Shown here: positions 58,310 to 64,000 of the stretch, in pieces
Layout of the letters: each line of letters begins with the position of its first letter
How positions within the stretch are numbered: position 1 is the stretch's first letter
Assembly (NCBI GenBank): GCA_023247255.1
Contig: JAHFGV010000006.1
Span: forward strand, 14,231-78,230
Direction of reading: 5' to 3'
DNA: 64,000 nt
Origin: Candidatus Omnitrophota bacterium
GTDB lineage: Bacteria > Omnitrophota > Gorgyraeia > Aquiviventales > Aquiviventaceae
The notes under the pieces: model-generated
The model's input: the letters and a program-made list of their open reading frames with translations, nothing else
Databases searched by the model: none
Told to the model about the DNA's origin: nothing
Translations under genes and position numbers: made by a program

Positions 58310-59359
58310 AGACCCCATCAGCCCATTACGATAGGGACTCAAACAATCGGCCAAGGCTTGCCCTGTTTCATCGTCGGTGAAGTCGCTCAGAGCCATGATG
58401 GCAGCCTCGGCCAGGCCCATGCGTTCATCGATGCGATTGCAAGCGCCGGCGCTTGCGCAGTGAAGTTCCAGACGCACGTCGCTGCGGCAGAGAGCACCGT
58501 GCAGGAGCCATGGCGAGTACCTGGCAGCGGGCAGGATGCGAGTCGCTATGCCTATTGGAAGCGGATGGAGTTTAGCGAACCTCAGTGGGTAGAGTTGAAA
58601 TGTCATGCGCAGGAACGCGGCCTGGTATTTTTGAGCTCACCCTTTTCCTTGGAGGCAGTGGATCTGTTGGAACGCGTCGGGATGCCGGCATGGAAGGTCG
58701 GCTCCGGTGAGATCAGCAATAGGGTTTTGTGCAGACGTCTCGCATCTTCTGGTCTTGCGGTGTTTCTTTCAACAGGCATGAGCCCTTGGCATGAAGTGGA
58801 TGAGGCCGTGGCGTATTTCCGCGCACGGAACATTCCTTTAGTGGTGTTGCAGTGTAGCTCTGTGTATCCTTGTCCACCGGAGAAAATCGGCCTGAATGTA
58901 TTAGCGCAATTGCGAGACAGATACGGATGTCTTGTGGGGCTTTCGGATCACTCGGGAACCATCTATTCAGGATTGGCAGCCGCAGCGGTGGGTATTGAAG
59001 TGCTCGAGGTGCACGTGACATTAAGCCGGGAAATGTTCGGGCCGGATGTTCAGGCTTCCATCACGACTGCCGAATTGCGTCAACTGGTGGATGGGGTACG
59101 CGTGATTGAAGCCATCCGGTCACACCCCGTCGATAAAGATCAGATGGCCAAAGAACTTAAGCCGCTGCGGGATATTTTTATGAAGAGTATCGTGGCCAAG
59201 ACAGAACTTCCGGCAGGGACTATTTTGCAGGAAGAACACCTCATCCTTAAAAAACCCGGCACAGGAATTCCTGCGAGTCGCTTGGGGGAGGTAGTGGGCA
59301 AGCGACTGGTTCGCTGCCTCCGCTCGGATGAGAGGGTGCTTGAGGCTGACCTGCAATGA
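58298..59359 (+). CDS. NeuB-family nonulosonate synthase
   Basis: GEVAQSHDG, AVKFQTH, SSPFS, KVGSGE, GLSDHS, EVHVTL, KKPGTGI. Confidence 0.9.
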   Translation: MKLHRPHQPITIGTQTIGQGLPCFIVGEVAQSHDGSLGQAHAFIDAIASAGACAVKFQTHVAAAESTVQEPWRVPGSGQDASRYAYWKRMEFSEPQWVELKCHAQERGLVFLSSPFSLEAVDLLERVGMPAWKVGSGEISNRVLCRRLASSGLAVFLSTGMSPWHEVDEAVAYFRARNIPLVVLQCSSVYPCPPEKIGLNVLAQLRDRYGCLVGLSDHSGTIYSGLAAAAVGIEVLEVHVTLSREMFGPDVQASITTAELRQLVDGVRVIEAIRSHPVDKDQMAKELKPLRDIFMKSIVAKTELPAGTILQEEHLILKKPGTGIPASRLGEVVGKRLVRCLRSDERVLEADLQ

Positions 59360-61230
59360 TCGAAGATCGGACAAATATCGATTTGCGGAATTTATGGATA
59401 AACGATAAACAACGACGGCTCCTGAAACTAATCGCCTGGTTGATGGCTGTTGCCGTTGTCACAGTCATTGCTGCCTATTGGCAAGTGAGGCCATGGGTTA
59501 TCCAAGCAAAGACACCTACGGCAGAGGTAAGTTTTTCTGCGAATCGTCGGCAGGTGCATGTAGGTTCATGCATGCGTCTTCGCTGGAATGTAACTCCAGC
59601 CCAGCCGGTGTGGCTGAATGGACAGTCGCAAAATGCCGTTGGAGAGCAATCGCTCTGTCCCCAACGGGAGGGAACTTTTGAAGTTAGCCTAAAGGTGTCT
59701 TCCTCAACCGGAGCAGGCAAGAGCTATGTGCTTCCGATTCAGTCCGTTCAACTTGAGCAGGATCGATGGGGAGGGGCAGTACGCATGCTCTTGGCGTTTA
59801 CGCTGCTTGGACTCATAGTGATCTTGGGTGAGTTATTGATCACCCTGCTCGCCCGAGGGCAGAAAAGCCCAGAGGTTCCTGGTGATTTTTCGAAGGATGC
59901 AGCAAGCCCTCTCAAAACCTACAGTTTTGCATGTGGGCTCATCCTCATTGCTGGTCTTGCGTGTTTGATTTTACAACCGCTTGCCCGACTCCTTCCCTTC
60001 GATCCGGATAACGTACTCACCCTGTCCATGGCGCAAGAACCTCCAGGCCACTGGTGGACTGGGCAGACTTTGTCCTATTTACCTGTCTATCGCCCGATCC
60101 CTTTCACCTTGACATGGCTGCAATATCAATTCATGGGGTTGGAACCCATCGGCTATTTCGTAGTCAACGCCTTGATTCTGATTTCCTGCGGGGTTGCGCT
60201 TTTTGGCTTGCTTTACCCTATCATTGGCAGGTTCATTTGCGCCCTGGCAGCGGCATTTCTGTTTTTGACCGATCCACGAACCATGCCGAGCGTGTATTGG
60301 ATCGGTGAACGTCAATCCAGCCTGGCAGGATTATTGGGTCTGCTGGCCTTAGGGTGGCTTTGGACTCGAACCCATCGGCCCAACAAAAAATCGACAGGAT
60401 TCTTCGGACAGTTTCTTGTGCCGGGATTGCTGCTGATGGGTTCGATCCTGAGTAAAGAATATGGACTTGCGTTTCTCTTAGCCGTCAGTGTGCACGCATG
60501 GCTGCGACGCTACACCTTCTGGAAAAGGTATGTCGGGGTTTGCTTTTTGATAGGTGCCCTTTATGTATTCATACGCGTTGGAACATCGACCATGAGCTTC
60601 AAGGTATACAGCGAAGATATGGGATTTTTATTTTGGACCCGACAGGTTACATACAGCAGTCTGCCATTCTTTGAACGGTTAGCGCAGTATAGCTACAATA
60701 TCGTGGCTACCTTCGTGGGAACTATCGTTCCGGTTTTTTTCAGCGGTTTTGGCGTGCTGAAAGCCCCAAGCCTGCAGGGTTCGATCCAGTTGCTTTTGTT
60801 ATCACCGGTGCTGCTTTGTTGTTGGATTGCCCTTCGGACCAATCCCCGTTTGGCCCTGGCGTTTTTTAGTTTGGTGATCGGCAATGCCCTTCTGAGCTTT
60901 CTCCTCTATCGTGGTCGCAACCATCTGATCGGTCTGATGGGGTTTTATGCCACGGCGGCCGTTGGTATGAGCTGGCTGTTGTCAAGGATTCGCTGGCGAG
61001 CGCGTGCGGGAATTGCATGGGGTATGGTCTTGTTTTTGACTGGATGGCAGGCTATGAAATATCGAACGGCCCTTGCGCAAACCTATGTAGCACCCATGAA
61101 TGAAGTGGATCCGTGCCTGGCCTTACGTACGAAAGAAGTCTCCATGAACACCGTGGAAGAAATCAAGCGACGCTTTGGGCTACCCAATCCTGCGTGCCAG
61201 GGATTCCCTCGTGGTCATGAAACGACGTAA
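59356..61230 (+). CDS. Polytopic membrane protein, GT-C (TMTC/PMT-like) candidate
   Basis: More than 10 hydrophobic helices; YRP..FMGLEPIGYFVVN, SVYWIGER, LSKE motifs. Confidence 0.6.
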   Translation: MIEDRTNIDLRNLWINDKQRRLLKLIAWLMAVAVVTVIAAYWQVRPWVIQAKTPTAEVSFSANRRQVHVGSCMRLRWNVTPAQPVWLNGQSQNAVGEQSLCPQREGTFEVSLKVSSSTGAGKSYVLPIQSVQLEQDRWGGAVRMLLAFTLLGLIVILGELLITLLARGQKSPEVPGDFSKDAASPLKTYSFACGLILIAGLACLILQPLARLLPFDPDNVLTLSMAQEPPGHWWTGQTLSYLPVYRPIPFTLTWLQYQFMGLEPIGYFVVNALILISCGVALFGLLYPIIGRFICALAAAFLFLTDPRTMPSVYWIGERQSSLAGLLGLLALGWLWTRTHRPNKKSTGFFGQFLVPGLLLMGSILSKEYGLAFLLAVSVHAWLRRYTFWKRYVGVCFLIGALYVFIRVGTSTMSFKVYSEDMGFLFWTRQVTYSSLPFFERLAQYSYNIVATFVGTIVPVFFSGFGVLKAPSLQGSIQLLLLSPVLLCCWIALRTNPRLALAFFSLVIGNALLSFLLYRGRNHLIGLMGFYATAAVGMSWLLSRIRWRARAGIAWGMVLFLTGWQAMKYRTALAQTYVAPMNEVDPCLALRTKEVSMNTVEEIKRRFGLPNPACQGFPRGHETT

Positions 61231-62374
61231 AATCTGTGTAGTCGTGACGGCCCGTCCCAGCTACGCCCGGATCAAATCCGCGCTGCGTCATATCCAAGCG
61301 CATCCCGATCTCGAGCTACAACTGGTGGTCGCGGCCTCAGCGTTGCTGGATCGTTATGGCAGCGCCGTCGCCTACATTGAGCAGGATGGATTCGACATCG
61401 CAGCCCGGGTCTACATGGTGCTTGAAGGGGGCAATCTCACCACGATGGCCAAGACGACCGGGCTTGGCATCATCGAGTTGGCCACGGCCTTCGATAACCT
61501 CAAGCCGGACGTCGTGGTGACGATCGCGGATCGCTACGAAACGCTTGCCACGGCGCTGGCGGCCGCTTACGCCAACATCCCTGTGGTTCACGTTCAGGGA
61601 GGAGAGGTGAGCGGGTCCATCGATGAAAAGGTCCGGCACGCCGTGACCAAGCTATCGGACATTCATTTTGTGGCCAATCAGCAGGCAGCCGATCGGGTCA
61701 TACGCATGGGGGAGCATTCCGATCGCGTGTTTGTCACAGGCTGCCCCTCGATTGATCTCGCAGCCGAGGTGCTTCAAAACGCCGAGCTCGATTTTGATCC
61801 TTGTGAGCGATTCGGTGGAGTGGGACCGCGCGTGGATACGCGGGAAGATTATCTGATCGTCATGCAGCATCCGGTGACCACCGAGTACGAGGATGCCCAG
61901 CATCATGTTCAGGAAACCCTTCACGCTGTGCTTGAGCTGGGGATTCCCACCCTGTGGTTCTGGCCCAACGGTGATGCTGGGTCCGATGGGACGTCAAAAG
62001 GGATTCGCATCTTTCGCGAAGAGCATCATGAGATCCCCATCCACTTTTTTCGGCATATGGGACCTGAGGAATTTCTACGCGTGGCCTACCATAGCCGATG
62101 CCTGGTAGGCAACTCAAGCGTGGGGATTCGGGAATGTTCTTTCCTCGGTATTCCCACCGTGAATATCGGATCCCGACAGACCGGGCGCGACCGGGCAGGA
62201 AACGTCATCGACGTGGATTATAACCGGGGGGCGATTGTCGAGGCTGTGCGCAAGCATCTGGCCAATGGCCGATACCATTCGGATTCTCTCTACGGAGACG
62301 GCTCCTCCGGAGGCCGCATCGCCCAACGCTTGGTGAGTGTTCCCTTAACCATTGAGAAACGTCTGACCTATTGA
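61217..62374 (+). CDS. neuC: Hydrolysing UDP-GlcNAc 2-epimerase
   Basis: DRYE, HVQGGEVSGSIDEKVRHAVTKLS, QHPVT, PNGDAG, GNSS, RQTGR. Confidence 0.9.
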   Translation: MKRRKICVVVTARPSYARIKSALRHIQAHPDLELQLVVAASALLDRYGSAVAYIEQDGFDIAARVYMVLEGGNLTTMAKTTGLGIIELATAFDNLKPDVVVTIADRYETLATALAAAYANIPVVHVQGGEVSGSIDEKVRHAVTKLSDIHFVANQQAADRVIRMGEHSDRVFVTGCPSIDLAAEVLQNAELDFDPCERFGGVGPRVDTREDYLIVMQHPVTTEYEDAQHHVQETLHAVLELGIPTLWFWPNGDAGSDGTSKGIRIFREEHHEIPIHFFRHMGPEEFLRVAYHSRCLVGNSSVGIRECSFLGIPTVNIGSRQTGRDRAGNVIDVDYNRGAIVEAVRKHLANGRYHSDSLYGDGSSGGRIAQRLVSVPLTIEKRLTY

Positions 62375-63501
62375 TGCCACCAGTGATGCCACCAGACACC
62401 GCCACCTACGCGATTGGAGACGTCGATTCCTTCGGTTTGAGCTTGGAGGAAGTCTGCTCCTTTTACCAGAAACACTGGAAGCGCCCCATTGCCTTGGCAT
62501 TGCCACAGTTTTATCAGTGGCAGTTTCGGCAAAGCCCGGATAATCAGGGCAAGGACCGATGCGTCGTGATCGTGGATGAGGATAAGCGTCTGTGTGGCGT
62601 GATGGGACTCAATGAAAGAAGGTTTTTCTTGGATGGGCGCGGACTTCGAGGCGCTGAGCTGACAACTTGGATTATTTCTGAATCCTGTCGCGGGACCGGC
62701 CAGAGCCTTGCGATGCTGGAGTATCTTCAAGATCACTACGAGGTACTCATCGGCATGGGAGTGACTCAAGAGGCCCTTCCTGCCTACCTGCGGTGTGGGT
62801 TTAAGCAGATTAGGCACATTCCTCGATACGTCCGGTTGTTTCATCAGGCAGAGAACATCCGTTCGATCATTCGCGTGGAGCCCTTTGGGCTATCCCTGAT
62901 GCGACGCAACACTGCTCAGGCAAACGTTTCTTACCTTGTACGTTCCATTCCCATCGCTGAGCTGGCTATCCATGAGCCGATTCTCCGTCAGCACTTCCAT
63001 ACTTTCAGCCGCGAGGCCGCCTACCTGAAATGGCGTTATACCGACCATCCCGTGTACCGTTATGAAGCTTTCCAGATCGAATCCGGAGGGCATGCCATGG
63101 CGGTTGTTTTGCGCGTGGATGAGAAAGAGACTTTGAAGATTCTCCACGTAGTCGATGCATTTGGAGATCTTCAGGCGCTTGCCGCTGTCGTCCATTTCTT
63201 GGAAGACTACGCGCGTCAGCACTTAGTGGATCTGGCCGATGTGTATGCCCTCTCGGATACCCTGGGGCATGTTTTTTGGACGATGGGCTGGTACTCCGTG
63301 CTTAATGATGAATGGATACAGGTGCCGCATCTGTTTCATCCAATTGAGCTGAAGAGCCCACCCACAACCTCACTCATCGCTTGGGCCAAGCAGGAAATGG
63401 ATCAGTTGTTGGATCAAACACGGCTCCATATCACCAAAGGAGATTGTGATCTGGATCGGCCCACCCTCCAGTACCTGCAAGAGCAGGATATCAGCCTATA
63501 A
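62371..63501 (+). CDS. GNAT-like protein
   Basis: YQWQF..P, CRGTG, YLKWRY..HP patterns. Confidence 0.62.
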   Translation: MMPPVMPPDTATYAIGDVDSFGLSLEEVCSFYQKHWKRPIALALPQFYQWQFRQSPDNQGKDRCVVIVDEDKRLCGVMGLNERRFFLDGRGLRGAELTTWIISESCRGTGQSLAMLEYLQDHYEVLIGMGVTQEALPAYLRCGFKQIRHIPRYVRLFHQAENIRSIIRVEPFGLSLMRRNTAQANVSYLVRSIPIAELAIHEPILRQHFHTFSREAAYLKWRYTDHPVYRYEAFQIESGGHAMAVVLRVDEKETLKILHVVDAFGDLQALAAVVHFLEDYARQHLVDLADVYALSDTLGHVFWTMGWYSVLNDEWIQVPHLFHPIELKSPPTTSLIAWAKQEMDQLLDQTRLHITKGDCDLDRPTLQYLQEQDISL

Positions 63502-63717
63502 CTGGGCTTTTGCAAAAATAGCCAACGCGTTGACCGAGTGTTGTGTCATGTTTCTAAGATCCAGTACTTACGTCTGTTTCATGAGTCATGTGTTATGTGT
63601 CATGAAAAAGCAGAAAATAAAAAAGTGCTCCTTTTGCCTTCCATGACTCATGACACATGAAACATGACACAGACGTGAGCACTGCCACTAATCTCGATGC
63701 ATTTTGCAAAACCTCAG
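63502..63717 (+). mobile_element. MITE family A, 216-bp copy, target duplication CTATAA
   Basis: Both terminal repeats present; CTATAA at 63496-63501 (contains the upstream stop) and 63718-63723. Confidence 0.9.
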
Positions 63718-63738
63718 CTATAAGTGATCAGTAGAACT

Positions 63739-64000
63739 ATGATGGTTCTCACGACGGTGATGTATCATTACGTTCGGGATCTGCCAGGCAGTCGGTTTCC
63801 CCGGATCAAAGGGATGCTCACGGATGCGTTTCGTCGGCAGGTGGCTTTTTTGAAAGATCAGTACGAGATGGTTGACTTGGAATCGGCCCTTGCGTTTATC
63901 CGAGGGGACTATCAACCGACGCGGAATTTATGCCTTCTCACGTTTGATGACGGTCTTAAGGATCATCTGACCGCCGTGTTGCCGATCTTGACTGAACAGC
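63739..64000 (+). CDS. Polysaccharide deacetylase, N-terminal part (truncated by window edge)
   Basis: My translation MMVLTTVMYHYVRD...LLTFDDGLKDH carries the NodB/CE4 TFDDG motif. Confidence 0.85.
   Translation, partial: MMVLTTVMYHYVRDLPGSRFPRIKGMLTDAFRRQVAFLKDQYEMVDLESALAFIRGDYQPTRNLCLLTFDDGLKDHLTAVLPILTEQ

Noticed and set aside
57928-58606. Short ORFs with NRKSKIDNRK or FRLSILDFR repeats (also 4987-5196)
   Set aside because: They are translations of the family B heptamer repeat.
250-63717. Repeats as a CRISPR array
   Set aside because: Copies are dispersed, with no regular repeat-spacer alternation and no cas genes.
1-64000. tRNA, rRNA or known riboswitches
   Set aside because: None recognised by eye; tRNAscan-SE and Infernal would be needed to exclude them.

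Overview
A 64 kb bacterial chromosome segment in which essentially every credible gene lies on the + strand. A PVC-superphylum origin (Omnitrophota-like) is only my impression. Layout: (1) 1-5.1 kb, the 3' end of dnaK and a complete dnaJ, separated by about 3.7 kb of small accessory genes, a decayed MNT-HEPN pair and a relic copy of the dnaJ 5' end. (2) 5.3-18.6 kb, housekeeping and signalling genes (FmdB, VanZ, DUF1015, accD, MalK-type ATPase, two diguanylate cyclases, ROK kinase, transaldolase/Fsa, LptD-like). (3) 18.7-64 kb, a surface-glycan precursor locus of more than 45 kb that runs off the right edge. It contains ugd/rml-type genes, an inserted SIR2-domain gene, a CDP-3,6-dideoxyhexose module extended by a TPP enzyme and a PanB homologue, pseB/C/G/I, four NeuB paralogues, two ATP-grasp/phosphatase pairs, an ACP-FabG-ligase-LuxE-LuxC module, a GT-C-like membrane protein and neuC. 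Intergenic DNA is full of short repeats. The best supported is a MITE-like element of about 240 bp with terminal inverted repeats, a heptamer-built hairpin core and three different exact 6-bp target duplications. I saw no transposase, integrase, tRNA, rRNA or CRISPR array. All assignments are by-eye motif recognition, and novelty cannot be confirmed without database searches.
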